Positions 46,140 to 56,453 of a DNA stretch of 64,000 nucleotides are shown piece by piece. The notes under the pieces were generated by a model. It made no database searches and was not told the origin of the DNA. It saw only the letters and a program-made list of their open reading frames with translations. Position 1 is the stretch's first letter. Each line of letters starts with the position of its first letter. The DNA is from an uncultured Gemmatimonadota bacterium (GTDB lineage Bacteria; JAAXHH01). The position numbers were made by a program, and so were the translations under genes. Where the stretch lies: positions 1,568,001 through 1,632,000 of the forward strand of contig OX638340.1 in NCBI GenBank assembly GCA_951812955.1. Reading direction: 5' to 3'.

Positions 46140-46643
46140 CTACAACCCAGCCCGCTCTTTAACGAAGTCTACGAAGTCATCCGGACTTTCCGGGGAGACT
46201 ATAGCCGTCTGATCCCGGAACTTCAGGACGACGGACCGCTTCGGGTCTGTCGCATAGGCGCGATAAGCACCCAGTTTCGTATTCCGGAATCGCCCGCAGA
46301 AACAGAAAAGCCCGCCGACTCCCAACGTCCGAAGAGAACGTGCCATCGCCTCTGGATCCGCCTCCACGGACACCAGTTCCTTGAGGTCCATTTTCGACTG
46401 CCAGCCCAGGCGTTGTACCAGTAGCATATCGTCCGTTACCACATAGCCCCGGATCATCCAGCATGCCGATACGACAAGCAGCAAGGCAGGCATTACGACA
46501 GCGGCCAGGAAAAACAGGATGCTGGACCCGGACCCCACATCCTCCAGCCGGGATATCCCGAAAATCACCAGGATAACCAGGAACGAGACCGTCAATCCAG
46601 TGATCCATTTCACGGAGGTACTCCAGGGCGCTCCGAATCTCAT
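46140..46643 (-). CDS. Membrane-anchored bacterial PH-domain (bPH/YdbS-like) protein, hypothetical
   Basis: Two TM helices followed by a PH-like beta region. Start at MRFGAPW gives an ATGA overlap with the upstream gene; the ORF extends to 46721. Confidence 0.5.
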   Translation of the reverse strand: MRFGAPWSTSVKWITGLTVSFLVILVIFGISRLEDVGSGSSILFFLAAVVMPALLLVVSACWMIRGYVVTDDMLLVQRLGWQSKMDLKELVSVEADPEAMARSLRTLGVGGLFCFCGRFRNTKLGAYRAYATDPKRSVVLKFRDQTAIVSPESPDDFVDFVKERAGL

Positions 46644-47059
46644 TTTGAAATCCTCCCCGCCAGATCGGCCAGCAGTGCGATCAGGCCCGACGCGATGGCG
46701 AATGTCCCGATCCATATCCATCGGATCGGTGTATGACTCAGATTAAACTCCAGCACCTCCCAGAACACACCAATCATTCCCCCGTAGAAGAAGAAAAACA
46801 CGAAATTCATAGCAGCGGGGATGATGTCCCCTACCTGGTGAACCATGCGATGGAAAACAACGGCATCAGCGGCTATCAGCAGGACGGTGAACAAAACAAA
46901 CATGTCCCGCCCCAGCCACAGGTTTGGTTCATCATCCAAACTGAATTGAATGGCCATGTCAGCGGGCAGCTGGCTTCTGACTGCCAGACTATAGAGTAGC
47001 CAGCAGGCTGCGCAGGTCCAGGCCAGTACCACCAATATGCGTTGGGATGAGGTGGTCAT
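46640..47059 (-). CDS. Small multi-pass membrane protein, hypothetical
   Basis: Four hydrophobic helices. Translationally coupled to the downstream bPH-domain gene. Confidence 0.5.
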   Translation of the reverse strand: MTTSSQRILVVLAWTCAACWLLYSLAVRSQLPADMAIQFSLDDEPNLWLGRDMFVLFTVLLIAADAVVFHRMVHQVGDIIPAAMNFVFFFFYGGMIGVFWEVLEFNLSHTPIRWIWIGTFAIASGLIALLADLAGRISK

Positions 47060-47129
47060 TTTCTACCTTGCAATCATGTACGGGAACAAAGTAAATGTGG
47101 TAGCGGACGCTCAGTAAAATGCCCGGGAA

Positions 47130-48251
47130 TTACCGATCGAGCATCAGGGATACCCCGGTCTGCCCATCAAACAGGTGGATCTTCTCAGAATCGAAAAAAA
47201 CATCCAGACCGTCCCCCCTGTCCATCCGACTGTCCGGCCGGGTGCGGACCTTGACGTTGCTGCCGCCTACATCCACGGTCAGGTAGAGGTCGCTGCCCAT
47301 GGGCTCGCGGACCACGACGGACGCCCGGGCCACCGGTGTGTTTCCGGGCTCCGGATTGGTCTCGCTTTCTATCCCGATATCCTCCGCGCGGGCGCCAAGG
47401 AAAACCTCCCGTCCTAGTGGATCTTCTATTCGCTCGACCATGGACTGCGAGACGTTGCACGCAAATCCATCGCCCACCACCCGCCAGGCGCCGGCGGCCG
47501 ATTCCTGCTGCTGCAGCACCCCTTTGAGCAGGTTAATGGGCGGACTCCCCACAAATCCGGCCACAAAGGTATTGGCGGGGTTGTCGTAGATGGACTCGGG
47601 CGTTCCGATCTGCTGGATTTCGCCATCCTTCATCACCACGATCCGGTCGGAGAGGATGAGCGACTCGGCCTGATCGTGGGTGACGTAGACGAAGGTCATT
47701 TCCAGGTCGCCGTGAAGCCGCTTCAACTCCGTGCGCATCACCACCCGCAGTTGCGCGTCCAGGTTGGACAGGGGTTCGTCGAGAAGGAACACGCCCGGAT
47801 CGCGGACGATGGCGCGCGCCAGGGCGACCCGCTGCCGCTGGCCTCCGCTCAGTGCACGGGGCTTGCGGTCCAGTAGAAGCTCGATCTCCATGGTCTTCGC
47901 CGCCTCCAGCACGAGCCGCTTCCGGTCCTCTGTCGGCACGCCGCGCATCTTCAGTCCAAAAGCAACATTGTCGAAGACGCTCATGTGGGGATACAGAGCG
48001 TAGGTCTGGAACACCATGGCGATGTCCCGCCGTTCGGGCGGCACGGCCGTTACGTTCCAGTCGTCGAACCACACCTCGCCCGCCGTAGGGGATTCCAAAC
48101 CGGCGATCATGTTGAGCAGGGTGGTCTTGCCACAGCCGGAAGGACCCAGGAGCGTCAGGAACTCGCGGTCGGCGATGTCGAGAGTAACGTTGTCGACCGC
48201 AACCACGTCTCCGAAGTGCTTCGTAAGGTTTTTCAAACGGACTCGTGCCAA
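47130..48251 (-). CDS. ABC transporter ATP-binding protein, carbohydrate-import type (MalK/UgpC-like with TOBE domain)
   Basis: Walker [10 protein letters not shown], signature LSGGQRQR, Walker [10 protein letters not shown], and a C-terminal regulatory/TOBE domain. Confidence 0.9.
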   Translation of the reverse strand: MARVRLKNLTKHFGDVVAVDNVTLDIADREFLTLLGPSGCGKTTLLNMIAGLESPTAGEVWFDDWNVTAVPPERRDIAMVFQTYALYPHMSVFDNVAFGLKMRGVPTEDRKRLVLEAAKTMEIELLLDRKPRALSGGQRQRVALARAIVRDPGVFLLDEPLSNLDAQLRVVMRTELKRLHGDLEMTFVYVTHDQAESLILSDRIVVMKDGEIQQIGTPESIYDNPANTFVAGFVGSPPINLLKGVLQQQESAAGAWRVVGDGFACNVSQSMVERIEDPLGREVFLGARAEDIGIESETNPEPGNTPVARASVVVREPMGSDLYLTVDVGGSNVKVRTRPDSRMDRGDGLDVFFDSEKIHLFDGQTGVSLMLDR

Positions 48252-48355
48252 TGAAATACCTCCAATGTTGCGCGATCAACCGACTTCCTGACCACCAGGT
48301 CTATCGGTTACCATTTCGTCCCGTTGCCAGTTCACCCGGCCAACGTGTAACCCGC

Positions 48356-49201
48356 CTAACCGGTCACCGAACCGCCGATGCCCTGGATGATGAGCCGCTG
48401 GAATAAGAAGGACAGGACCAGGGGCAGGAGGATGACCAGCACGCCGCCCGCGGCGATGACGGTGAAGGGCACCTGCAGTTCCTGGGCGAAATCCGACGCC
48501 AGCACCGTCACCGGCCTGGAGGCGATGGTGGTGGTGAAGAGCAGGGCGAAAAGGAACTCACCCCAGGACGCGATAAAAGCGAAGATGCCCACGGCCACCA
48601 ACCCCGGCGTGGTGACGGGCAGAAAGACCCTTACCAGAGCGCCCAGCGGCGTACAGCCGTCGACCCGCGCGGCCCGTTCCAGGTCCAGGGGCACGGTTTG
48701 GAAATATCCCTTCAGTATCCAGATGGTAAACGGCAGGGTAAATGTCGTGTGGGACAGGATCACCGACAGGTGCGTGTCCAGTAGTCCGTAACTCCGCATC
48801 AGCAGGTACATGGGAATCATGATTGCCACGCCGGGCACGCTCCTGGATCCGAGGTAGAAGAGCAGGAGCAGCAGGTTGCCCCGGAAGGGCAGGCGCGCCA
48901 GGGCATAGGCTGCCAGGGATCCGCAGGTCAGGTTGAGGAGCATCACCGCGGTGCCGATGATCAGGCTGTTGACGATGGCCCGGGGAAACTGGCGAGCGAT
49001 GGCGGCACCCACGTCCGCCGACCGGCCGTCCACCTGGAAATAGAGGTTGTAGTTCCCCATCGTGGGCTCCTCCGGCCACCAGCGCTGCTGCGTCACTTCC
49101 CGTTCGGGCATGAAACTGACTGCGGTCACCCAGGCGAAGGGCAGGGTCAGGTAGACCACGGCCACCAGGGCGTAGATGTAAAGCGAGGCGCGACGCCACA
49201 T
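48356..49201 (-). CDS. Carbohydrate ABC transporter permease (MalG/UgpE-like)
   Basis: Six TM helices and an EAA loop (LERAARVDGC). Confidence 0.85.
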   Translation of the reverse strand: MWRRASLYIYALVAVVYLTLPFAWVTAVSFMPEREVTQQRWWPEEPTMGNYNLYFQVDGRSADVGAAIARQFPRAIVNSLIIGTAVMLLNLTCGSLAAYALARLPFRGNLLLLLFYLGSRSVPGVAIMIPMYLLMRSYGLLDTHLSVILSHTTFTLPFTIWILKGYFQTVPLDLERAARVDGCTPLGALVRVFLPVTTPGLVAVGIFAFIASWGEFLFALLFTTTIASRPVTVLASDFAQELQVPFTVIAAGGVLVILLPLVLSFLFQRLIIQGIGGSVTG

Positions 49202-49210
49202 GGTTTTCTC

Positions 49211-50140
49211 CTATCCCTGTACGAGTCCGCGGCGGTAGAGCAGCCGGATGTAGATGACGGCCAGGGTCATGGTGATCACGGTTATCAAGTACGAATAGGC
49301 GTTGGCACCGCCGAAATCGAGGCGGGCGAAGGCTTCCTTGTAGGTCTGCCAGGCGATCACGTGGGTGGCGTCGCCGGGTCCGCCTCCGGTGAGCGCGTAG
49401 ATCAGGTCGAAGGCCCGGAAGCCGTTCATGGTCTCGAAGATGGCGACGACGAGTACGGCGTGGTAGAGCCAGGGCAGGGTGATGAAACGGAAGCGGTTCC
49501 ACGACGTGGCGCCGTCCACCCGGGCAGCCCGGTACTGCTCCGTCGGTATGGCCTGGATGGCCGCCAGGAAGATGATGCAGGCGAAGGGTACGCTGCGCCA
49601 CACGTGGGCACCGATGGCTGCGTTGAGCGCCACGAAAGGCGAGGCCATGCCAGTATATACAATGTCTAAACCGAACAGGTAGTTGACAACGGCAACGGAG
49701 TCCGCGAGCATGGCATTGAAAGCGCCGTAGTCACCGAGCAGGCCCACCCACATGAGCCCGTTGACCACGCCTGGTATGGCCCAGGGGATGAGCAGTAAGG
49801 CCCGGACCACGCCGCGGCCACGGAATGACTCGTGCAGCAGCAAGGCGATGGCCATAGCGATCACGATGACCAGCAGTACGGCCATGAAGGTGAAGTAAAG
49901 CGAGATCCAGAGGGCGTTCCAGAACTCGGAACTTGCGAGGATGGTCGCGTAGTTATCCAGGCCGTGGAAGTACACCTGGTCCGGCCGGCGCAGGTTGTAC
50001 CGGTGCAGGCTCATCCAGAAGGAGATGCCGATGGGATAGGCAATGAAGGCGAGAAGCAGGATAACCGCGGGCAGGTTCAGCAGCAGGGGCAGGGCGTCAC
50101 GCGTCCTCGACATGAGATGGGAGGGATTCAGTACGGTCAT
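49211..50140 (-). CDS. Carbohydrate ABC transporter permease (MalF/UgpA-like)
   Basis: Six TM helices and an EAA loop (YRAARVDGAT). Confidence 0.85.
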   Translation of the reverse strand: MTVLNPSHLMSRTRDALPLLLNLPAVILLLAFIAYPIGISFWMSLHRYNLRRPDQVYFHGLDNYATILASSEFWNALWISLYFTFMAVLLVIVIAMAIALLLHESFRGRGVVRALLLIPWAIPGVVNGLMWVGLLGDYGAFNAMLADSVAVVNYLFGLDIVYTGMASPFVALNAAIGAHVWRSVPFACIIFLAAIQAIPTEQYRAARVDGATSWNRFRFITLPWLYHAVLVVAIFETMNGFRAFDLIYALTGGGPGDATHVIAWQTYKEAFARLDFGGANAYSYLITVITMTLAVIYIRLLYRRGLVQG

Positions 50141-50150
50141 ATTCGCGACT

Positions 50151-51530
50151 TCAACTCCAATCCGCGATCAACTGGCGGCAGCGCTGCGCGATTTTGCCAA
50201 GTCCGTCGCGGGCGGACTGCTGCCCCAGGAGAACCTTCTGAATCTCCGGCTGGTAGTAGATCTTGAAGTCAGGGAACCACGGCGCCTTGATGTTCTCCCG
50301 CGGCCTGACGTACCGAGCCTGTTCCCGGACCTTTTCGATTTCGCCCCACTGTTCGGTCTGGTCGATCACCACAGGATCGTCCAGCAGCGACCGGTAGGCG
50401 AATCCGAGACCCCGCAGTCGGAACCAGCGGCGGGCCGTGTAGTATTCTCCTGCCGCGTCCTTCGCGCCCAGGAACTTCATCAATTCCCATGCGTCCTGCA
50501 TCCGGTCTTCCCGACACCGCGACGTGAGGCAGTACATCCGCGTCCAGCCCAGGGTACCGTTCTGTTCCGCCGAGATCGACGGAACCGGCGCCATCCGGTA
50601 CACCTTCGCGTGCTGAGCGTCGGACCCTCGCCGCTTGAGCTCATCGTCCGCGGCCGCCGAATTCCGCCGATTGTTCACGTATTCCAGGTCGTACTTGTTG
50701 AGGATGCCGTAGACCTGCCTGCCGCTGGCGACGTGATCGCGCATCTGCCCCGCGGTGAGCGACGAAGGAGAGATGATGCGGTGGCGTTGAATCCCGTCCG
50801 TGAGCCACTGCAGGATGGTTTCGGCCCGGCGATCCTCGTCGTCGGGAAACGTGGGATTGAGGTCATCGTCGAACAGCGTCGCTTCGCTGGCATAGTTCAG
50901 TGTCCACCAGTCGAGGAATCCGAGCACGCTTTGCCGGAAGTTCAGCATGATCGGATACTCGATTACGTCCCCTGCCGGCGTGCGGACCCGCGCCTCCCGG
51001 ACCTTGATGGCCTGCTCGGTCAGCTCGTCCAGTGTGCGGGCAGGGGCGTCGAAACCCGCCGCCTCGAGCATGGGCTCGTTGTAGATCCAGATGTTGAAGT
51101 CGGTGTAGTAGGGAAGCCCGTACCGCTCGCCGCCGTAGGTCATGGAAGAGAGGTTGTAGGAGAAGAGATCCGAGGTCGTCGCCGAAGTTTCCGGATCCGC
51201 GGCCAGGAGGTCGTCGCAGGGACGGAGCCAGCCCGCCTCGACCCACTCGGCGAAGTCGTCGTCGCGGACGTAGCAGCATTCCATGGGCGCCCCGCCCACG
51301 TGCAACGCCACCATCTTGTCGTGGTAGTTGCCCGACACCGCGTTGTAGTCCACGGTGATGCCAGTCTGCTGCTCGAAGTAGTCGAGGTTTTCCCGGACCA
51401 GGTCGGGTTCGTACACCCATCCCTTGAAGATGACGCCGGGCGAAGGCGCCGGACTGCATCTGGCCATCAGGCCCAGGCCCGCTGCGGTCGAAGACTGCAG
51501 GAACGTACGACGCGTCATCCGGGTTTTCAC
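50151..51530 (-). CDS. Extracellular solute-binding protein (family 1, sugar ABC importer) with Tat-type signal
   Basis: Twin-arginine-like N-terminus MKTRMTRRTFLQSSTAAGLGLMA. SBP_bac_1 size. Lies upstream of the two permeases and the ATPase. Confidence 0.85.
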   Translation of the reverse strand: MKTRMTRRTFLQSSTAAGLGLMARCSPAPSPGVIFKGWVYEPDLVRENLDYFEQQTGITVDYNAVSGNYHDKMVALHVGGAPMECCYVRDDDFAEWVEAGWLRPCDDLLAADPETSATTSDLFSYNLSSMTYGGERYGLPYYTDFNIWIYNEPMLEAAGFDAPARTLDELTEQAIKVREARVRTPAGDVIEYPIMLNFRQSVLGFLDWWTLNYASEATLFDDDLNPTFPDDEDRRAETILQWLTDGIQRHRIISPSSLTAGQMRDHVASGRQVYGILNKYDLEYVNNRRNSAAADDELKRRGSDAQHAKVYRMAPVPSISAEQNGTLGWTRMYCLTSRCREDRMQDAWELMKFLGAKDAAGEYYTARRWFRLRGLGFAYRSLLDDPVVIDQTEQWGEIEKVREQARYVRPRENIKAPWFPDFKIYYQPEIQKVLLGQQSARDGLGKIAQRCRQLIADWS

Positions 51531-51624
51531 GGGAAAGCGGTCCCTTCAGTAGGAAATCGTCCTGATGTGGCGGAACAGAAAGGTGCCATTGACCGGTGGC
51601 GATCGGGCACCAGCGAACCCGGGC

Positions 51625-52074
51625 TCAGCGCGCGCACGCCGGACACCGGTCCGTGTCCGGATCGTGGATGGGCTGTCCACACTCTGAGCACGGGCCAAGT
51701 GGATATTCGTCGGGTTGCGTGCGCGAACCGTGTTTATAGTTGATGGTCCGCCATACGGTCTCGCCGTCTTTCTCCGAGTAGCACAGCCAGCGGCCCTCTT
51801 TCTTACCGTCGTAGGATTTGCCCACGTGGGGACCGTAGTCACCTTCCCACTTCCTGGTTCCGTTCTCGTGGTAACAGACGTACCATCCTTCGTTCAGTCC
51901 GTTTTTGAAGAGACCTTCGCTCTGCTTGTTGCCGTTGCTGAAATACTGGATCCAATTACCGTCCTTTACACCCATCCGGTAATTGCCCTCGCTGCGTTTG
52001 TTGCCGTTGGCGAAATAAGAGACCCAGTAGCCGTCTTTCTTGCCGTTTACGGTATTGCCTTCGGAAAGGGCCAT
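51625..52074 (-). CDS. MORN-repeat (YwqK-like) protein with C-terminal CxxC..CxxC zinc-ribbon
   Basis: Tandem MORN-variant repeats (GKKDGYWVSYFANGNK / GVKDGNWIQYFSNGNK / GLNEGWYVCYHENG). C-terminus reads CSECGQPIHDPDTDRCPAC. Confidence 0.6.
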   Translation of the reverse strand: MALSEGNTVNGKKDGYWVSYFANGNKRSEGNYRMGVKDGNWIQYFSNGNKQSEGLFKNGLNEGWYVCYHENGTRKWEGDYGPHVGKSYDGKKEGRWLCYSEKDGETVWRTINYKHGSRTQPDEYPLGPCSECGQPIHDPDTDRCPACAR

Positions 52075-52253
52075 GGCCGATTCATCCTGTAATTAGATAT
52101 CTGAAGTACAGTCTATCGATTTCAGGATTAGCCTTGCGGTGCACAATGTACCCATGTTATTAAGGATACGACGTTTATTCAAGACCTTCTTGCGACATCG
52201 CGCCTGCGACATCGCACGACCGCTTTGAACCGCCACACGACAGGGATCCCGCC

Positions 52254-53042
52254 ATGCTGACGGAAGACCAGATTCATCATTTTCGGGTGTTTGGGTTTCT
52301 CGCGCTTAGACAGGTCTTCGACACCGAAGAGATCGAGCGGCTTGGCCGCCTCGCGGACGAGATATGGTCCGGCGAACTGGGCCACACGCCCTCAGAGGAG
52401 GAGCATGTTTCGATGGCGCCGTTCCTCGAACTGCATGACTCGACGGCCGAGTTGATCGAAGATGCCCGCCTCTATACGCCCATGACGCAGCTACTGGGAA
52501 AAGATATGATTTGGATGGGTTCGGAAGGTGTGCAGGGCACCATGACCCGGCGGCCCTATCACCACTGGCACGCAGACCGGCCCGGACCGCTGGAACTCGG
52601 CTACCTGCGCATAAAGATCATGATGTACCTGGACCCGATGCGTAAAGACGCGGGAGCCTTTCGCGTCATACCCGGGTCGCACCGGTCGCCTCTGCACGAG
52701 GAACTGACGCCGTTCCAGCAGCGGCACGGGCTTGAGGACCCTGCGTTTTTCGGCAACCGGGGAAGCGAAGTGCCGTGTCACGCCGTGGAGACGGACCCGG
52801 GCGACGCGGTGATCTTCAACCAGAGCCTCTATCACGCCGTGTACGGTAAAGCCGGACGCAGGCGTTACATCGCCCTCAAATACGCGACCCGTCCCACCAC
52901 CGACGCCCACCTTGCGTCCATCATGCAGTACAGTCCCGACGCGCTGAAACCCCACGAGCGGGCCGTTCAGTCGGAGAGTCCGCGCCTGCGGGCCATGATC
53001 AATGGGATCGACGAACTTAAGAGGCGGGCGGAAACCCTTTAG
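52254..53042 (+). CDS. Phytanoyl-CoA dioxygenase (PhyH) family oxygenase
   Basis: Triad WHADRP ... H in the PhyH arrangement. N-terminal FRVFGFLAL. Confidence 0.8.
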   Translation: MLTEDQIHHFRVFGFLALRQVFDTEEIERLGRLADEIWSGELGHTPSEEEHVSMAPFLELHDSTAELIEDARLYTPMTQLLGKDMIWMGSEGVQGTMTRRPYHHWHADRPGPLELGYLRIKIMMYLDPMRKDAGAFRVIPGSHRSPLHEELTPFQQRHGLEDPAFFGNRGSEVPCHAVETDPGDAVIFNQSLYHAVYGKAGRRRYIALKYATRPTTDAHLASIMQYSPDALKPHERAVQSESPRLRAMINGIDELKRRAETL

Positions 53043-53246
53043 GTCACTTTGCGTGATGGTAGTGAATGGGTTTTCCAAGACATAACCGACCGCTCCGCAA
53101 CAGACAGTTCAACAGTGAACAATTACTGATTTAAGTTCGAGCTTCCTGAGACTTTTTCTCGAGAAAAACAACATATAGTACCCGTATCTCAGATACCCGC
53201 CCGGTGTATCATGTAACATTCCTAAACAATTAAAAGTCTGAATATT

Positions 53247-54170
53247 ATGATGACAACCAATAACCTTGTCATAGAAACCGAGCTACTCACCAAGCGATTC
53301 GGCGATATTGTGGCCGTGGACGGCCTGTCGCTGGAAATCCCGCGCGGTCATGTATTCGGGCTTCTGGGTCCGAACGGTTCAGGCAAGACGACGACCATGG
53401 GTATGCTTCTCGGACTCGTGAGGCCGTCCGCAGGACGTTTCAGCCTGTTCGGAGGACGCATAACGCATAGGGAATCACTCACCCGGACCGGTGCCGTCGT
53501 GGAGTTCCCCTCCTTCTATCCGCACCTTTCGGGTCGTGACAATCTCGCCTACTTCCAGGAAGTATCTGGCAAGAGCGATGCGGTCGAACTGGATATGTTG
53601 CTGGATAAAGTAGGACTCGCCGAACGTGGAAAAGATCGTTTTCGTACTTACTCTCTCGGTATGAAGCAGCGGCTGGGACTGGCCTATGTCCTCCTGGGCA
53701 ATCCCGAACTCCTAATCCTGGACGAACCGACCAACGGAATGGACCCGGACGGCATGGCCGAAGTACGTGAACTTATTCGCAGCCTTGGCGACGGGGAACG
53801 CACCGTGCTGCTCTCCAGCCATCTGCTGCACGAGGTCGAACAGGTGTGCGACAGCGTGGCCATTCTTTCGCATGGCAGGCTCGTAGTCCAGGGTAGAGTC
53901 GACGACCTGGTTCACTCTCTGGCCGGGGAGAAGATCCTGCTTCGTACCACCGACAACGCGAAGGCGATCGAAGTGATCTCGAAGCTGGACTGGGTGACTG
54001 ACGTGACGTCGAAAGAGAAATCGATCCTGGTGTCGGCACCGCCGAAGAGGTCGACGGAGATTTCCGAGGTCCTCAGCAAGTCGGCCGTGTACATCGCGGA
54101 GATGACTTCCAGTCAGATGTCGCTGGAGGAATACTACTTCAATATTACGAGCGGTGCAAACGGGGACTGA
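53247..54170 (+). CDS. ABC transporter ATP-binding protein (ABC-2 exporter type)
   Basis: Walker A GPNGSGKTT, signature YSLGMKQR, Walker B LLILDEPTNG. Confidence 0.85.
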   Translation: MMTTNNLVIETELLTKRFGDIVAVDGLSLEIPRGHVFGLLGPNGSGKTTTMGMLLGLVRPSAGRFSLFGGRITHRESLTRTGAVVEFPSFYPHLSGRDNLAYFQEVSGKSDAVELDMLLDKVGLAERGKDRFRTYSLGMKQRLGLAYVLLGNPELLILDEPTNGMDPDGMAEVRELIRSLGDGERTVLLSSHLLHEVEQVCDSVAILSHGRLVVQGRVDDLVHSLAGEKILLRTTDNAKAIEVISKLDWVTDVTSKEKSILVSAPPKRSTEISEVLSKSAVYIAEMTSSQMSLEEYYFNITSGANGD

Positions 54171-54172
54171 AC

Positions 54173-55219
54173 ATGATCCGGCAAATCCTGAACCTGGCGC
54201 GTTGGGATGTGATCAAGCTCCGGCGACGATGGATGCCATGGGTGTTTCTGGTGTTCATCGTATTGTCCTCGCAGCTAAGGCTATTGACTGAATACCAAAA
54301 GTTTAGCAACGCAGACCCTGGACGGATAGAAGTTCAGGCGGGACCTGGTGACGAGGAGGGCGAATATACCACCATCGGCATTTCCTGCCTGGACATCCAG
54401 GACGGCGCGGTTGAATCCAGGCTGACGGGGATGCAGAATGAATACCGGAATAAGGCACTACAAGAGATAGAATCGCTCAGGGAGCGATGCCCGGGTACTC
54501 TTGCCATGTACGATACGGCTCGTAAGATCTTCCTCAATAATGCGGCGCTGCCAGGCAGCCTGTCTTTCGGCTTTGGTATGTTCGGGACTATGGGGTATGT
54601 GTTCGTCATGATCCTGGCAGCCATGGCAATGGGGGTCGAATACACCTGGGGGACGGCACGGCAGGTCTTGGCAAAGGGGTGTAGCCGCGGACGGTTTCTG
54701 GCGGCGAAAATCCTTGCTCTAATGGCCGTGGTCGGCATTGGACACCTGGTTGTAATGCTGTTTATGGGTATCAGCGGCCTGGTTATTTCGTACACTTTGG
54801 CGGATAATGGTATCACGACCGATGTAGTTCAGTGGTTAAGAGCGGGAGCGGACGCGATTAAATCAATGTACATGATGCTGCCTTACATCATCCTGGGGAT
54901 GTTCTTCGCGATACTGACCTCCTCGGCGTCATCGGGTATTGTAATCTCAGTGGTTTTTTTCATAGGCGAGTCGATTCTCAGGTGGATTATTGGCTCATAT
55001 CTGGGACCGGACGCGGCCCGGATTCTGATCTCCGTCAATACCCCGCTGTGGATGACGAGCCTGGAATTTCCGGCATTGGATGATCCCCCGGCGATTTACA
55101 ATTACATGAGAGACTTCCTGTCTACTTTCCTGCCCATCCTGGCTTACATCATTGTGTTTGGCAGCACCTCGTTTTGGCTATTCCATCGCAGGGACCTGCG
55201 TCCGTCCGCGGGAGGTTAA
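54173..55219 (+). CDS. ABC-2 family transporter permease
   Basis: Six TM helices with a large first extracytoplasmic loop. Directly follows the ATPase gene with a 2-nt gap. Confidence 0.7.
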   Translation: MIRQILNLARWDVIKLRRRWMPWVFLVFIVLSSQLRLLTEYQKFSNADPGRIEVQAGPGDEEGEYTTIGISCLDIQDGAVESRLTGMQNEYRNKALQEIESLRERCPGTLAMYDTARKIFLNNAALPGSLSFGFGMFGTMGYVFVMILAAMAMGVEYTWGTARQVLAKGCSRGRFLAAKILALMAVVGIGHLVVMLFMGISGLVISYTLADNGITTDVVQWLRAGADAIKSMYMMLPYIILGMFFAILTSSASSGIVISVVFFIGESILRWIIGSYLGPDAARILISVNTPLWMTSLEFPALDDPPAIYNYMRDFLSTFLPILAYIIVFGSTSFWLFHRRDLRPSAGG

Positions 55220-55325
55220 TCAGTCTTCGAAAGCGATTCAATATACCGGGCGCTGCAGATCGCATACTGTGCTAACCTTGACCTTTTGCTAAACAACTAC
55301 ATGCAATCATACGGAGGTAGTATCC

Positions 55326-55889
55326 ATGCCTGGATTCCTGAAAAAAAGAAGAATGATCGACGTGCTTTGCGTCCTCGCGATTATAGCCATCGGGGCATAC
55401 TGGTTCACATCCCCCTATTTCGCAGTCCGGAGTTTAAAAGCGGCGGTCGTTGATGCCGATGAGCAGGCTCTGGGTGAGATGATAGACTTCCCTGTCTTGC
55501 GAGAGAATCTGAAGGATCAGCTCAAGTCGGCGACAGATAGATGGGCCTTTGAACAAGGTGAACCGGAAGCTATCGCAGGTATGGCTTTGACGTGGCCCAT
55601 TGTAGATAGACTGATTGATGTCTACGTTACACCGGCCGGTTTTGCCCAACTAGGTACCAAAGTGGATGTTCCCGACGATGCCAATATCCCGTTCGCCGCT
55701 TTGTCTGGTTCATTCGGGGCAGGTATATTGAATCAAGAAGACTTCGTGATTGACAGGGGGCTTAGATCCTTCTCGCTTCATATACAGACCAAGAACGAGA
55801 AAGGTGATGAGATTGAAGTGGTATTCGAAGGCAATGGACTGAATTGGACCCTGGTAAATGTCATCTTACCATTAAACAGCCAGGGATAA
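55326..55889 (+). CDS. Membrane-anchored DUF2939-like hypothetical protein
   Basis: N-terminal TM anchor, then SPYFAVRSLKAAVVDADEQALGEMIDFPVLRENLK, which resembles DUF2939. Confidence 0.5.
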   Translation: MPGFLKKRRMIDVLCVLAIIAIGAYWFTSPYFAVRSLKAAVVDADEQALGEMIDFPVLRENLKDQLKSATDRWAFEQGEPEAIAGMALTWPIVDRLIDVYVTPAGFAQLGTKVDVPDDANIPFAALSGSFGAGILNQEDFVIDRGLRSFSLHIQTKNEKGDEIEVVFEGNGLNWTLVNVILPLNSQG

Positions 55890-56020
55890 TTACCGGCAAA
55901 ACGACCGGAAGACTGCCAGCCACTATTAGGAAACCGCCGGCCCGATGAAGCCACCGGACCGGCGGTCTTGATACATACTTCCCTACACCTCTCCACTACA
56001 CGTGCCCAGCATCACGCGCC

Positions 56021-56365
56021 TTACACAGCGTCCTCGTCTCTTTCCCCGCTGCTGATGCGAACAGTCTCTTCGACGGGGACAACGAAAATCTTACCGTCTC
56101 CCGTTCTGTCGCCTTCCGACTGGGCAGCCTTCCAAATCACGTCGACGATCTCGTCTTTCTGATCGTTGGTTACCGCAATTTCCATGCGGATCTTGGCCGC
56201 CAGGGGAATATCGACCTCCTGTCCCCGGTACAGGCCTGTGCGATGGGCGGTACGGCCATGCCCGGACACCCTGGACAGGGTCATGCCGGGGATGCCTTTC
56301 TCGACGAGCGCATTGCGGACGTCGTCGAGCTTTTCAGGTCTTATGATGGCTACGATTAGTTTCAT
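56021..56365 (-). CDS. glnK: Nitrogen regulatory protein P-II (GlnK-type, amtB-linked)
   Basis: MKLIVAIIRPEKLDDV start, T-loop RTGLYRGQE, and C-terminal DGKIFVVPVEETVRI. Immediately downstream of amt. Confidence 0.9.
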   Translation of the reverse strand: MKLIVAIIRPEKLDDVRNALVEKGIPGMTLSRVSGHGRTAHRTGLYRGQEVDIPLAAKIRMEIAVTNDQKDEIVDVIWKAAQSEGDRTGDGKIFVVPVEETVRISSGERDEDAV

Positions 56366-56453
56366 GCGTCTGACGTCTCCTGAAGTAATGGTCCTTGGGG
56401 TAGAATCGGGCAGCTATCTTTCTGCCCGTGAACCGCGCTGATTCCTTGGTCGA

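Noticed and set aside
47533-48279. 248-aa alternative minus-strand frame within the sugar ABC ATPase gene
   Set aside because: Out-of-frame Arg/Pro-rich shadow. The Walker/signature motifs lie in the 47130-48251 frame.
50043-51743. 566-aa plus-strand ORF antisense to the sugar-binding protein gene
   Set aside because: Shadow ORF with an Arg/Val/Gly-rich product. The minus-strand product has a Tat signal and an SBP fold.
56366-56453. Short hairpin (CGGGCAG/CTGCCCG) between amtB and glnK
   Set aside because: No U-tract, and the genes are expected to be co-transcribed. Not called as a terminator.
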